DNA from: Candidatus Taenariivivens baikalensis
GTDB lineage: Bacteria > Omnitrophota > Omnitrophia > Omnitrophales > Aquincolibacteriaceae
Assembly (NCBI GenBank): GCA_009691445.1
Contig: SICL01000001.1
Coordinates: 1,738-65,737, forward strand
Direction of reading: 5' to 3'
Length of the DNA: 64,000 nucleotides
The translations under genes and the position numbers were made by a program. The notes beneath the pieces were generated by a model, which saw only the letters and a program-made list of their open reading frames with translations, was not told where the DNA came from and did no database searches. Of this stretch, positions 19,220-29,520 are shown in pieces. How positions within the stretch are numbered: the stretch's first letter is position 1; every line of letters starts with the position of its first letter.

Positions 19220-19929
19220 TGAAACCAAAACTCTATCAATATTCGGCCTGCCCGTTTTGCTCCAAAGTAAGCACGATGCTTACTGCTAAAAAAGTGGACT
19301 ATGACATGGTCGAAGTCCACCCGCTCAAGAAGAACGAGATTGAATTTTCAAAAGACTACCAGAAAGTCCCCATCTATATCGATAGCCAGGGAACTCAGGT
19401 TAACGATTCGACCATGATCATGAGACATATTGAAATGGAATTTCCCGAAACAACCTTATTTGAACAGAGCGAAGAAGGAAAAGTCCGGGAAGAAAAATGG
19501 CTTGAGTGGTCGGAGGCTTACGTTCAGGGACTTCCCGCCGTGTTATATTCTAATCTTTTTAATGCCGTGGACGCCTTTAACTATATTACCCGCGTGGGGA
19601 AATTTGGCTGGTGGGAAAGACAGACAATTAAGTACTCCGGTGCTCTCATCATGACTCTTGTCGCCAAAAAAATTGCGAAGCGTCTTCAGATTGACCCTCG
19701 GGATTTTCTTAAACAAAAAGTCGATGAGTGGGGACTTGGTTTAGAGGGGAAATCTTTTCTGGGTGGTAATAGCCCTAATGCCGCTGACGTCGCGGTATTT
19801 GGAATTTCGCGGGTGGTTTTCGGCCTCAAACCGGCTCAGGCGTTTCAGGACAATCCCCTTTTCATGAACTGGCTTAAGCGGATGTCTCAAACGACCGGAA
19901 TTAGTATCGCTAATTTACAGCGTCCTTAG
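19216..19929 (+). CDS. Glutaredoxin/GST protein of the prostaglandin E synthase 2 (PTGES2) type
   Basis: LYQY..CPFCSKV, VEV.P..K.EI.FS..Y.KVPI, AF.YI.R.GKFG, KY.GA..M, F.GG..PN.AD.AV.G. Confidence 0.85.
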   Translation: MMKPKLYQYSACPFCSKVSTMLTAKKVDYDMVEVHPLKKNEIEFSKDYQKVPIYIDSQGTQVNDSTMIMRHIEMEFPETTLFEQSEEGKVREEKWLEWSEAYVQGLPAVLYSNLFNAVDAFNYITRVGKFGWWERQTIKYSGALIMTLVAKKIAKRLQIDPRDFLKQKVDEWGLGLEGKSFLGGNSPNAADVAVFGISRVVFGLKPAQAFQDNPLFMNWLKRMSQTTGISIANLQRP

Positions 19930-20689
19930 TATTCCCGGCACTTCCGCTATCGCAGAGTGAAGCTCTCAAATATTCGCGGTTCATCTTCGCAATAAATCCC
20001 ACGCTTATTTCCTTCGGGCAGGCTGCTTCACATTCGTAATGGTTGGTACAATTTCCAAAATTCTCATCGTCCATCGTTCGCACCATTGAGAGCACCCGCT
20101 TTTCTCGCTCCACCTGACCTTGCGGGAGCAAGGCAAGCTGCGAGACCTTTGCCGCCACAAAGAGCATGCCTGAGGCATTGGGGCAAGCTGCCACGCACGC
20201 TCCGCATCCGATACAAGCGGCGGAATCCATGGCACTATCGGCAGCATGTTTGGGCACAGGACTCATATTGGCCTCGGGAGCACTTCCTGTATTGACCGAA
20301 ACATAGCCTCCGGACTCAATAATGCGGTCAAACGCACTGCGGTCGACAATTAAGTCTTTGATAACAGGAAACGCCTTAGCGCGCCAGGGTTCAACAGTAA
20401 TCGTATTTCCGTGCTTAAAATGACGCATATGTAACTGGCAGGCCGTGGTTCCTTTTTCTGGACCATGCGGTTTGCCATCCACCGTGAGCGAACAAGCGCC
20501 GCAGATTCCCTCCCGGCAATCGTGATCAAAAGCAATCGGATCCTGATTTGCATGGATTAAGTCTTCATTGATGACATCTAACATTTCAAGAAACGACATA
20601 TGAGGATTTATATTCGGTGCGTTATAAATTTCAAATTTTCCCTTGGACGCAGAATCTTTCTGGCGCCAGACTTTAAGTTTAAGATCCAT
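19910..20689 (-). CDS. sdhB: Succinate dehydrogenase/fumarate reductase Fe-S subunit
   Basis: [33 protein letters not shown]. Confidence 0.95.
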   Translation of the reverse strand: MDLKLKVWRQKDSASKGKFEIYNAPNINPHMSFLEMLDVINEDLIHANQDPIAFDHDCREGICGACSLTVDGKPHGPEKGTTACQLHMRHFKHGNTITVEPWRAKAFPVIKDLIVDRSAFDRIIESGGYVSVNTGSAPEANMSPVPKHAADSAMDSAACIGCGACVAACPNASGMLFVAAKVSQLALLPQGQVEREKRVLSMVRTMDDENFGNCTNHYECEAACPKEISVGFIAKMNREYLRASLCDSGSAGNTKDAVN

Positions 20690-22602
20690 TATTTGTAACT
20701 CCTCTCGGCCAAATGGACATTTTCAAAACTTAGCGGCTCCTGATTTAATCTTGGAGAGCAATCCGCCCCCTGATATTCCCATGCCGACACGTAACAGAAC
20801 TTGGTGTCGTCACGCTTCGCCTCACCTTCAGACGTTTGACTTTCTGTCCGAAAATGACCACCGCAGGATTCCGCGCGTTGAAGGGCGTCCAAACAAAGGA
20901 GCTCTGCAAAATCGATAAAATCTGCGACGCGTCCCGCTTTCTCCAGCGACTGATTCAGGGATTCATTCGAACCGGAAACTTTCACATTACTCCAAAACTC
21001 TTTTCGAATGCCGGGGATTTGTGCCAGCGCCTGCTTAAGCCCCAGCTCATTCCTCGCCATCCCGCAATAGTCCCAGAGTAATTTTCCAATTTGACGATGG
21101 AAATCATCCACGGTACGTTTACCGTTGATCGATAGAAGTCGGTTAATCTGATCCTTCACCTCGGTTTCAATTTTCAAGAATTCTGGATGACTCGCCGAAA
21201 TGACTCCGGGCTTCGTCCGTGCAAGGTAATCCCCAATCGTATAGGGTAGAATAAAATAACCGTCCGCAAGACCTTGCATCAGCGCACTAGCTCCCAAGCG
21301 ATTGGCACCATGGTCTGAAAAATTAGCCTCCCCGAGTACATAAAGTCCGGGAAGATTACTCATCAAATTGTAATCTACCCAAAGCCCGCCCATCGTGTAA
21401 TGAACCGCCGGATAAATCCGCATCGGGACCTTATAAGGATTTTCACCGGTAATTTTTTCATACATCTGAATTAAATTACTGTAGCGTTCGCGAATCACGG
21501 ATTCTCCAAGACGCTTAATGGCGTCAGCAAAATCCAGATAAACACCCAGACCCGTTTCCCCCACGCCACGACCTTCATCACAAACTTCTTTAGCGCTTCG
21601 CGACGAGATATCCCGCGGCGCAAGATTCCCGTAGCTTGGGTATTTTCTTTCGAGGTAATAATCGCGTTCGGCTTCTGGAATTTCCTGAGGGGGACGTTTA
21701 TCCCCCTTTTGCTTGGGAACCCAAATACGCCCGTCATTTCGGAGAGACTCGGACATGAGAGTCAGCTTGGACTGATAATCCCCCGATACAGGAATACACG
21801 TGGGATGAATTTGGGTATAACAGGGATTCGCAAAAAATGCTCCGCGTTTGTAAGCCCTGTAGGTTGCTGTGACATTGCAACCTTTGGCATTTGTGGAAAG
21901 ATAAAAAGCATTTCCATAGCCGCCGGTGGCAAGCACCACGGCATCCGCTGCATGTCTGCGAATTTGTCCCGTAATTAAATCCCGAACAATAATTCCTTTA
22001 GCAGCTCCATCCACGACCACAAGATCGAGCATTTCAGTTCGAGGATACATGGTGACCTGCTTGAGATGAATGGCCCGCGCTAAAGCCTGGTAAGCTCCGA
22101 GAAGAAGCTGCTGTCCCGTTTGTCCTCGCGCATAAAAAGTCCGGGAAACCTGCGAACCTCCAAAGGAGCGATTGGCCAGATAGCCGCTATACTCACGGGC
22201 AAAAGGAACTCCCTGAGCCACACATTGATCAATAATTGAATTGCTGATTTGAGCGAGTCGGTAAACATTTTCTTCGCGAGCCCGGAAATCGCCACCCTTG
22301 ATCGTATCGTAAAAAAGGCGGCGAATACTGTCGCCATCATTAGGATAATTTTTTGCCGCATTAATACCACCCTGAGCCGCAATGCTGTGGGCACGGCGCG
22401 GACTATCCTGAAAGCAAAAAGAGTCAACTTGATAACCGAGTTCCGCTAAACTTGCTGCCGCGGAAGCCCCAGCCAGGCCTGTACCAACCACAATCACTTT
22501 GTATTTGCGTTTGTTGGCGGGACTCACAAGCTTCATATTAAATTTGTGATTGTCCCATTTTTCGTGAAGGAGTCCGGCAGGAACCCTGGCATCCAATGTC
22601 AT
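20689..22602 (-). CDS. sdhA: Succinate dehydrogenase/fumarate reductase flavoprotein
   Basis: [32 protein letters not shown]. Confidence 0.96.
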   Translation of the reverse strand: MTLDARVPAGLLHEKWDNHKFNMKLVSPANKRKYKVIVVGTGLAGASAAASLAELGYQVDSFCFQDSPRRAHSIAAQGGINAAKNYPNDGDSIRRLFYDTIKGGDFRAREENVYRLAQISNSIIDQCVAQGVPFAREYSGYLANRSFGGSQVSRTFYARGQTGQQLLLGAYQALARAIHLKQVTMYPRTEMLDLVVVDGAAKGIIVRDLITGQIRRHAADAVVLATGGYGNAFYLSTNAKGCNVTATYRAYKRGAFFANPCYTQIHPTCIPVSGDYQSKLTLMSESLRNDGRIWVPKQKGDKRPPQEIPEAERDYYLERKYPSYGNLAPRDISSRSAKEVCDEGRGVGETGLGVYLDFADAIKRLGESVIRERYSNLIQMYEKITGENPYKVPMRIYPAVHYTMGGLWVDYNLMSNLPGLYVLGEANFSDHGANRLGASALMQGLADGYFILPYTIGDYLARTKPGVISASHPEFLKIETEVKDQINRLLSINGKRTVDDFHRQIGKLLWDYCGMARNELGLKQALAQIPGIRKEFWSNVKVSGSNESLNQSLEKAGRVADFIDFAELLCLDALQRAESCGGHFRTESQTSEGEAKRDDTKFCYVSAWEYQGADCSPRLNQEPLSFENVHLAERSYK

Positions 22603-22614
22603 AATATCCTTATC

Positions 22615-23298
22615 CTAATGAGAGGCTTTAATGATTCCCAGCCAGCAAGCGGTTGGAATGGATGAGTACCCTAAAAAAATAACGGCAGCAATCAAACGGC
22701 CCATTTTTTCATAACCGTGCAAGGAACTCTCATTCGCAATTCCCAATGTTTGGAGGGCGCTGGAGAAACCATGGCTCAAGTGAAGACTTAAAAGGATCAT
22801 CGAAACAAAATACGCAAGAGCAATTGGGAGTTCATGGAAACTCAACACCACCAACGTATAAACGTCACGGCGGCCGTCGGCATCCAGAAGATGAGAGATC
22901 TGGGGATGCGTAACACGAAACGTGAAATGGAGAAGATGAAAAATAATATAGGCTAGTACCAGGAGTCCGGAAATTGCCATCGTGGTGGCTGCGAAAGTTG
23001 TTCGGGTATTTTTTTTACCCAGATAACCCAGGGGTCTCGCTTGACGATTTTCCCGGGCGAGACAAAGGCCGCTCCAAATATGTAGGACGACCATTACCAT
23101 CAGCCCAATCCGAGCAACCCATAAAATCTCGCCCAGGCTTTCGAGCTTTTCGGCGTATCCATTCAGTGCCGCAGGACCGGCGAAAATGAGTAGATTGCCT
23201 AGCATATGTATGATCACAAAACCGAAGAGGGCCAGGCCAGAGACCGCCATCACCACTTTCCGACCAATCGAGGAACTTAAAATCGACTGCCAATTCAT
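22615..23298 (-). CDS. sdhC: Succinate dehydrogenase cytochrome b subunit
   Basis: SSIGRK..MA.SG, conserved His in TM helices, HLSHG..S..QTLG. Confidence 0.93.
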   Translation of the reverse strand: MNWQSILSSSIGRKVVMAVSGLALFGFVIIHMLGNLLIFAGPAALNGYAEKLESLGEILWVARIGLMVMVVLHIWSGLCLARENRQARPLGYLGKKNTRTTFAATTMAISGLLVLAYIIFHLLHFTFRVTHPQISHLLDADGRRDVYTLVVLSFHELPIALAYFVSMILLSLHLSHGFSSALQTLGIANESSLHGYEKMGRLIAAVIFLGYSSIPTACWLGIIKASH

Positions 23299-23358
23299 AA
23301 AACCTACCCAATAATTATCAAAAGAGTATTAAGTACCTATCTGGTTATGAACTTACTC

Positions 23359-23429
23359 TTCATTGCGAGCAAAGCGAAGCAATCTCCGGGCTCTAGATTG
23401 CCGCGGCCGCTACGCTCCCTCGCAATGAC
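23359..23429. repeat. GTCAT-family element, intergenic, nested in a second inverted repeat (about 23336-23450)
   Basis: tcattgcgagcaaagcgaagcaatct...agattgccgcg...tcgcaatgac; outer cctatctggttatgaact / agtttattatcaggatagg. Confidence 0.88.
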
Positions 23430-23500
23430 GCAGTTTATTATCAGGATAGGCTCTAAGAAATATGTGGAATAGTATACGGCGAATTATCCAAAATCTAAAA

Positions 23501-24346
23501 CTAAAATTCCTGAATCCCTGATTTTTCCGGTTTCAAGCGAACCTGATCGTAGACCATCGCCGAACCCGTATCGATTGCCAGAACGCCTTCGAGTTTTTCT
23601 AAATCTCCCGTAAAAATCTTTGACCGGCGCAGGAGCACTTCAAAACCAGCCTGATTGCTGCGAAACTTTTCCCCCGCCTCGTGCTTAAAAAAATCCGAGT
23701 TCTCTGGGAAAAAATAAATCGATTTGATGGGAAATTCATGATTCGGCTTGAAATGAATCAGCGCAAATTGATCGGAATAGCGGGCGGAAATCTCCCAACC
23801 TTGGTAATCCTGAGGAACGCGGGCTTGGTATCTTTCAATCGTTCTTATTTCCTGAGAATTACGCACCGCTTTTCCCTTCGCCGCAGGAATTTCCCGGACA
23901 ATGCGGGCCTTCCCGGGAACACAAAGATCGTGGCAAGCCAGCCACGCAACATCGGCTTTCAGCGTTATCGACTTTCCTGAGAAACTGGGTGTCACCGTGG
24001 CTTCACTCAGAAGCACGACTTCTTTTGAATATCCGTACGTAAGGATCGCCGGAAGAATGATTTTCTCGGGAGCCGGCCACTCAAGGGGAGAAAAATTAAT
24101 CGGAGGATGGCCCACCCACTTTACAGATGTGGCAAGACCCGAGTCACCCGGATTGATCCAATAAATGTGCCAGTCAGGATCCATCGTAAAATGGATTCCG
24201 ACCGTAAATGGTTTACCCGGAGCAAAGGCCTTAACAGATGACAAAATCTCGGGATGGATATGAGATTTTGTTTTTTGAGCATACCCCAAACACGGAAGCA
24301 GTCCCATCAATACTGCAAGAATGATAATTCGTCTTTTAGCGCGCAT
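23501..24346 (-). CDS. Exported DsbD N-terminal-like (disulfide corrector) domain protein
   Basis: WHIYWINPGDSG, WPAP, WLACHDLCVPG; signal peptide. Confidence 0.85.
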   Translation of the reverse strand: MRAKRRIIILAVLMGLLPCLGYAQKTKSHIHPEILSSVKAFAPGKPFTVGIHFTMDPDWHIYWINPGDSGLATSVKWVGHPPINFSPLEWPAPEKIILPAILTYGYSKEVVLLSEATVTPSFSGKSITLKADVAWLACHDLCVPGKARIVREIPAAKGKAVRNSQEIRTIERYQARVPQDYQGWEISARYSDQFALIHFKPNHEFPIKSIYFFPENSDFFKHEAGEKFRSNQAGFEVLLRRSKIFTGDLEKLEGVLAIDTGSAMVYDQVRLKPEKSGIQEF

Positions 24347-26045
24347 CTTTATACGGGCTCTGCCAAACCACGTGTCCTACAAAAAACGGGCCAAGTGACT
24401 GAATGTATTTCGTGGTTTGCTGGGTTTTTCGCATATCCTGAATCAAACGTGATAAGGGATACAGATCAGACCCGACAAGACCGATCACAAACTCGTTATC
24501 GTTTTTATCGATCCCATAACAGGAAAGGCGGACATCTGAAGCCAGACCCGCCGCCCCATAACTCATCCCTAGCATCGCGTGCTCCATCAGAATCTTCCCC
24601 TGCTCTTCACGAGTGAGAAGCGAAAACTCGGGCTTACGGCGTAACGGATACCAAACCGCCCAAGGCCAGTCGGTATTTAAGGCGTTGCGGCGATATTTAT
24701 TGAGCAGCCAATCTTCGAGGTCCTGCTCCCGCCCGCTGGAATAAGTACGCCCAAGCATCGTTAAATCAGATTTGGGAGCAAGCGCCTTAAATTCTTCTGA
24801 TACGAATAAATCAGCACCGTCTTTGACGAGTTTTTCCGGTTTTTCTGACATCAAAAGTACTCCGATGCCGTACGGATCATTCAAATCGCGGTAAAGCACC
24901 GTCTCTAAACTCGAAGCTTTAAGTTTTTGTACTATTTTTTCAAGATGGAAAGCACCGGTAAAGCAAAATAGCTGGAAATACATACGCCGGTCAGTCACTT
25001 GAGGCTGGCCATTTTTAGCGGCGCCTTTTTCCCGGATATCCAATGGTTCTGCGGAAGTGGCTGGGTGATGCGGTGCTGACGTAGCTGCGGGGGTTGTCAC
25101 TTTTAAACTCCTTGGCGTTGTTGTCTGCATCGTTTGGCGGATTGAATCCGTCCACATTGAAATAAATGCCGGATGATCCATAACCGTTGAGGCTCGGTAG
25201 AACGAAAGTCCAAGCTTGGCTGCCTCGGCCTTCGCCTCAATATCCAAATCATAAAGAACCTCCGCATTATCACAAAGAAATCCGATTGGGACAAGGAGAA
25301 CGCTCTGTTTTCCTTTTTGGGCCGCCTGCTCAATTGTTGCCGTGATATCCGGCTCAAGCCAGGCCGTAAACGGATTTCCGCTCCGAGATTGATAAGCATG
25401 AGTCCAGTCAACTCTTCCAAGCGCATCTGCAGTCAGACGACTGGACTCCATAAACTCATCCTGGTATTGGCATTGACTAGCCATTGTCAAAGGAATGGAA
25501 TGATTGGTAAAAATAATTTGGAGTGAGGCTTTCCGATCCTCAGGAATTTTGGAAAGGAGCGTGCGAACCTGCTCCGATTGCGCCTCAATAAAACGAGAAT
25601 GGTTGTGCCAGGGCTCCACCCCAAAGTATTCCAAATGAGTTGCATCTGCGTCCTTTTTTGCTTCTTCAAGATTTTGAAGATAGCGATCATAACTTACCTC
25701 GGAGCGATGGGGAGCCAGAATAAGCGCAATTCCTTTTTTTAATCCTCGGGCCTTGATAGTCGTAAGCGCGTCTTTCAAAAATGGATGCCAGTTACGCATC
25801 CCGACAAAAACCGGAAGATGAATTCCCTCGTTCAAAAGTTGGTCTTCCAGGGCCTTGATAAGACGAAAGGTGTATTCGTTATAAGGCGAGCGCCCTCCGA
25901 TCACCTCATAGTGATGAGCCACGTCATCCAAACGCTCTTGAGGAATATTTCTTCCCCGTGTAACGACTTCAAGGAAGGGGCGAATTTCTTCGGGCTTGGT
26001 CGGACCTCCGAATCCAATGACCAGAATATGATCAAACGCAGACAT
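24336..26045 (-). CDS. hemH: Fused coproporphyrin ferrochelatase (HemH/CpfC) and coproheme decarboxylase (HemQ/ChdC)
   Basis: N-half GG.SP, GMRNWHP, HSIP, YQSRSG..WLEP, PIGF..D..E.LYDLD; C-half YPLRR, EH, YGID..EFV. Confidence 0.9.
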   Translation of the reverse strand: MSAFDHILVIGFGGPTKPEEIRPFLEVVTRGRNIPQERLDDVAHHYEVIGGRSPYNEYTFRLIKALEDQLLNEGIHLPVFVGMRNWHPFLKDALTTIKARGLKKGIALILAPHRSEVSYDRYLQNLEEAKKDADATHLEYFGVEPWHNHSRFIEAQSEQVRTLLSKIPEDRKASLQIIFTNHSIPLTMASQCQYQDEFMESSRLTADALGRVDWTHAYQSRSGNPFTAWLEPDITATIEQAAQKGKQSVLLVPIGFLCDNAEVLYDLDIEAKAEAAKLGLSFYRASTVMDHPAFISMWTDSIRQTMQTTTPRSLKVTTPAATSAPHHPATSAEPLDIREKGAAKNGQPQVTDRRMYFQLFCFTGAFHLEKIVQKLKASSLETVLYRDLNDPYGIGVLLMSEKPEKLVKDGADLFVSEEFKALAPKSDLTMLGRTYSSGREQDLEDWLLNKYRRNALNTDWPWAVWYPLRRKPEFSLLTREEQGKILMEHAMLGMSYGAAGLASDVRLSCYGIDKNDNEFVIGLVGSDLYPLSRLIQDMRKTQQTTKYIQSLGPFFVGHVVWQSPYKDAR

Positions 26046-27555
26046 GATTAAAATCCTTAATCAATTGAGCCGCATTTTTTTTCGCCTCAGAGACCGTATC
26101 TGGAATCCCAATACCGCGATAGGCATTGCCGGTTAAATAAAGACCGGGAAGGGACTTTGCCTGAGCCTCGATTTTCTCAACGCGATCCCGATGACCGATT
26201 TTATATTGAGGAAGCCCCTCGGCATAGTGCATCACCCATGTTTTGACGGGTTCGGTGCTGATTTTTAAAATCTTCTGAATTTCCTGGGCAATGATTTTAG
26301 CAAAGGCGTCATCGGATTCTAATTTTAATTCTTGATAGGCATTCCGCCCCACAAAGGCCCGAAGCAAAGTCTTTCCTTGAGGCGCTCGACCAGAAAATTT
26401 TAGACTCGAAAAACTGCAGCCCAGCAGTAAAGAACTTTCGGTTTTTGGAACAACGAAGCCAAATCCTTCGTTCGCTTTTGAAATCACTGGCTGATCATAG
26501 GCGAGATTGACAACGGCGATGGACTCGTACGGGATAGCCGCTAAGTCCTGCGAAATTGATGCTAATACAGAGATTGCTTCTCCACCGAAGGACGGATCCA
26601 CCTCTGTCTGTGTTGCTAACCCCTTCGGACTCCTCGCAATGACCTCATTGCGAGCGAAGTGAAGCAATCTCGATGCAATGGAGGCCGGTACGGCCAAGCA
26701 TACGGCGTCAGCTTCTTCGATCTCTCCCGTACTCTTGACGATCTTCCAGGTCTCACCCTGGCGCTCGATGCCAGTGACCCGTGTTTGATCCTTAATCGTA
26801 TGATGGTTGATCTTTTTTTCAAGAGCTTCGATTAAAGTGCTCATCCCTTGTTTGAAAGAAAGAAAAAGACTGTAACGGGGGCCGCTGGCCTCAAGGAAAT
26901 CGCCGGTAGATTTCAAACGTTTCTCTCTAAGATAGCCAAGGAAAACACTTCCAAATTTTTTTTCAAGTTCTTTAAACTTAGGAAATGCCGACTGAATACT
27001 CAGCTGAAAAAGATCAGCGGAATAAATTCCTCCCAACATCGGCTCGGCGAGCTTCTCAAAGGCTTCCCGTCCAAACCGTCTTACCACAAAATCGCCGACA
27101 CTTTCATCGGCCGAATCTCGTTTGGCGGGAATGAATATCTCCAAGGCCATCCGAAGCTTTCCCAAAAAACTTATCGAGGGAAGATTCCAAAGCGCGTTCC
27201 AATCCGTGGGGGTCATCAAATAAAAACCTTTTGGAACCGGGTGCAAAAGGTTCCCGGAACAGATGAAACTGCGGCGATTTTTTTCCTGAGTAGGAATCAA
27301 TTCATCGGTCAGGTTTAGATCCTGGCAAAGATCCAGAATAGCTGGGTTCTCAGAAAGAAAGGCGTCCGGGCCGTCTTCGATTAAATAGCCATCCTCAAAA
27401 CGGGTGTGAAGGATTCCGCCAAGACGCGGACTCGCTTCAAGGAGGGTGATGTGTATAGGAAGATGCGATTCTTCCGCAAATTTTTGCAAATAAAAGGCGG
27501 TACTAAGTCCGGCAATACCTCCGCCCACAATCACGATCCGCTTCGGACTTGTCAT
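26032..27555 (-). CDS. hemY: Coproporphyrinogen/protoporphyrinogen oxidase (HemY/CgoX) with repeat-derived insertion
   Basis: GGGIAGL, EASPRLGG, EDGPD, GGIYS, GFGF.VP, PQY..GH, GNAYRGIGIPD. Confidence 0.93.
   Translation of the reverse strand: MTSPKRIVIVGGGIAGLSTAFYLQKFAEESHLPIHITLLEASPRLGGILHTRFEDGYLIEDGPDAFLSENPAILDLCQDLNLTDELIPTQEKNRRSFICSGNLLHPVPKGFYLMTPTDWNALWNLPSISFLGKLRMALEIFIPAKRDSADESVGDFVVRRFGREAFEKLAEPMLGGIYSADLFQLSIQSAFPKFKELEKKFGSVFLGYLREKRLKSTGDFLEASGPRYSLFLSFKQGMSTLIEALEKKINHHTIKDQTRVTGIERQGETWKIVKSTGEIEEADAVCLAVPASIASRLLHFARNEVIARSPKGLATQTEVDPSFGGEAISVLASISQDLAAIPYESIAVVNLAYDQPVISKANEGFGFVVPKTESSLLLGCSFSSLKFSGRAPQGKTLLRAFVGRNAYQELKLESDDAFAKIIAQEIQKILKISTEPVKTWVMHYAEGLPQYKIGHRDRVEKIEAQAKSLPGLYLTGNAYRGIGIPDTVSEAKKNAAQLIKDFNHVCV
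26570..26671. repeat. Inside-out GTCAT element with nested GGATCC sub-element, in frame in hemY
   Basis: gagattgcttc...aaggacggatcc...tcgcaatgac|ctcattgcga...gaagcaatctc; 102 bp. Confidence 0.92.
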
Positions 27556-27559
27556 AACA

Positions 27560-29512
27560 CTAGCGGGCGCTAAGCTCATGAACCATTTCGATCAGTGAGA
27601 TGACATGATCGACGGGAGTGGTGGGAAGAATTCCGTGGCCTAGATTAAAGATGTAACCGGTCCGCTGTTCCGATTGTTTGATGATTTTTTCTACATTTTT
27701 TCTGATGATCGGAAGCGGCGCCAACAAAACTGCAGGATCCAGATTCCCCTGAATCGCCTGGTCGTGCCCAATCAATTTCCAGGCCCTGTCCAAATCCACC
27801 CGGTAATCAACTCCCGTGACTTGTCCTCCAGCTTCTCTTATCAAATCCAGAAATCCCGCGGTATTTGTCCCGAAATGAATCACTGGAATATCCGGAGAAA
27901 TTTCTTTCAGAATCGATTGAGTGTGAGGCATCACGTAATGTTTATAATCCTCGGGAGACAGACATCCCACCCAGGAGTCGAATACTTGCAACGCATCAGC
28001 TCCTGCCTCGACCTGTTTTTTGAGATACACCGTAAGTCCGCGTGAAATCTTCTCCATCAGAAGATGCCAGGCTTTTTCCTCCTGATACATAAATTGTTTG
28101 GTTTTAAGAAAATTCTTGGATCCTCCGCCCTCGATCGCGTAAGCGGCCAGAGTGAACGGCGCTCCGCAAAAACCAATCAGCGGGATATTCTTCTTCAGAT
28201 TAGCGCGCGTGAGGCGGATCGCGTCATAAACAAACGAAAGGCTTTCCCCCGGATTCATCTCGTGGAGTTTTTGGACATCGGAGATATTGTGAATTTCACC
28301 GGAAATCATGGGGCCGTCTCCCGATAAATATTCTAGCCCCAGTCCCATTGGTTCAAGCGCAACAAGGATATCAGAAAAAATAATTGCGGCATCGGCCTTA
28401 ATTTTCTCAACGGCTTGGATGGTAACTTCGGCGGCTAAGTCGCTGCGCTTGCAGAGCTCGAGAAATGGGACTTTACTGCGAATCGCATTGTATTCCTTCA
28501 TGTAACGTCCAGCCTGACGCATGAGCCAAACAGGTGTATAGGGCACGGGCTCGCGAAAGCACGCTTTCATAAAAGGGCTCTGACGTCTTAAAGCCCGTTC
28601 AGATAGGTCGACGATGGCCGGCGCTGAGGTCAGACGAATGTGCGGAGTTGGCTGGCGTTTTGCTTCTATAATTTCGTGAATATTCTGGGCCATTTCCGAT
28701 ACCAAGTGTCCCATTTTCGGATGACTCGGCTCAAAGTCCACGCTAAGACCGCTTTCTTGAATAGCGGCTGTCGCGGTCGGACCGATGGATGCAATCACGA
28801 TTTGTTTGGATCCCTTCCGAAAGTTTTCTTCCAGTCCATGCTCAGAAGCAAGACGAATCATATTGCGGATCTGATTGGCGCTTGTGACCATCAAAACTTG
28901 GACATTTCCTTCTGCAATTTCGCGAATGGCTTCAAGAAGTGGGGCCGTGTCCGGCGGCAGGGCCCAGCGATAAACAGGAACTCGGATAATGTTTGCCCCA
29001 CGCTTCTTAAGGCCCGCGATAAAATCAGGGTTATCTTCTCCGTATTCCTGAATCGCAACCGATTTTCCCTTAAGAGTAATTCCCTTTTCACTGTAGTCCA
29101 GGGTCTCAAGGATTTCTCTCCAGGTATTGGGCTCCGGGACAGTAATCGTAACCGGAATCTTAAATTCCCGTAGAACCTGAACCGATTTCGGCCCGCGTGC
29201 CACGACACAGGTTTTGGAAAGAGCTGCTCCAATGTCCGTCAAAGAATGGCGTTTGGCCATCACATCAAAAAGAAAGCGCGCGCCGACTCCCGTCATGAAA
29301 ATCACCATATCAATTTTTCCCGCGAGAAGTTTTTCGGCGAAATGAAACGCTTCGGGATTATTCTCCAGAGGGATTTCCTGCATTGAGGGAGCGCTGATTG
29401 GGATTCCCCCGAAGCGGGCAATATGCTGGCAGATAATATCCGCCTGCCGGCTTTCCAGTGTGACGACTTTGAGGCCTTGAAATCCAGTGGGTGGTAGAGA
29501 AGTTTTCGTCAT
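27560..29512 (-). CDS. hemE: Fused uroporphyrinogen-III synthase (HemD) and uroporphyrinogen decarboxylase (HemE)
   Basis: N-half LESR, MTGVG, ARGPK, VYRW..P, SIGP; C-half PVWLMRQAGRY, FSDIL, GAPFTLA.Y, QGNLDP, NLGHG. Confidence 0.93.
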   Translation of the reverse strand: MTKTSLPPTGFQGLKVVTLESRQADIICQHIARFGGIPISAPSMQEIPLENNPEAFHFAEKLLAGKIDMVIFMTGVGARFLFDVMAKRHSLTDIGAALSKTCVVARGPKSVQVLREFKIPVTITVPEPNTWREILETLDYSEKGITLKGKSVAIQEYGEDNPDFIAGLKKRGANIIRVPVYRWALPPDTAPLLEAIREIAEGNVQVLMVTSANQIRNMIRLASEHGLEENFRKGSKQIVIASIGPTATAAIQESGLSVDFEPSHPKMGHLVSEMAQNIHEIIEAKRQPTPHIRLTSAPAIVDLSERALRRQSPFMKACFREPVPYTPVWLMRQAGRYMKEYNAIRSKVPFLELCKRSDLAAEVTIQAVEKIKADAAIIFSDILVALEPMGLGLEYLSGDGPMISGEIHNISDVQKLHEMNPGESLSFVYDAIRLTRANLKKNIPLIGFCGAPFTLAAYAIEGGGSKNFLKTKQFMYQEEKAWHLLMEKISRGLTVYLKKQVEAGADALQVFDSWVGCLSPEDYKHYVMPHTQSILKEISPDIPVIHFGTNTAGFLDLIREAGGQVTGVDYRVDLDRAWKLIGHDQAIQGNLDPAVLLAPLPIIRKNVEKIIKQSEQRTGYIFNLGHGILPTTPVDHVISLIEMVHELSAR

Positions 29513-29520
29513 GGTTGGCT

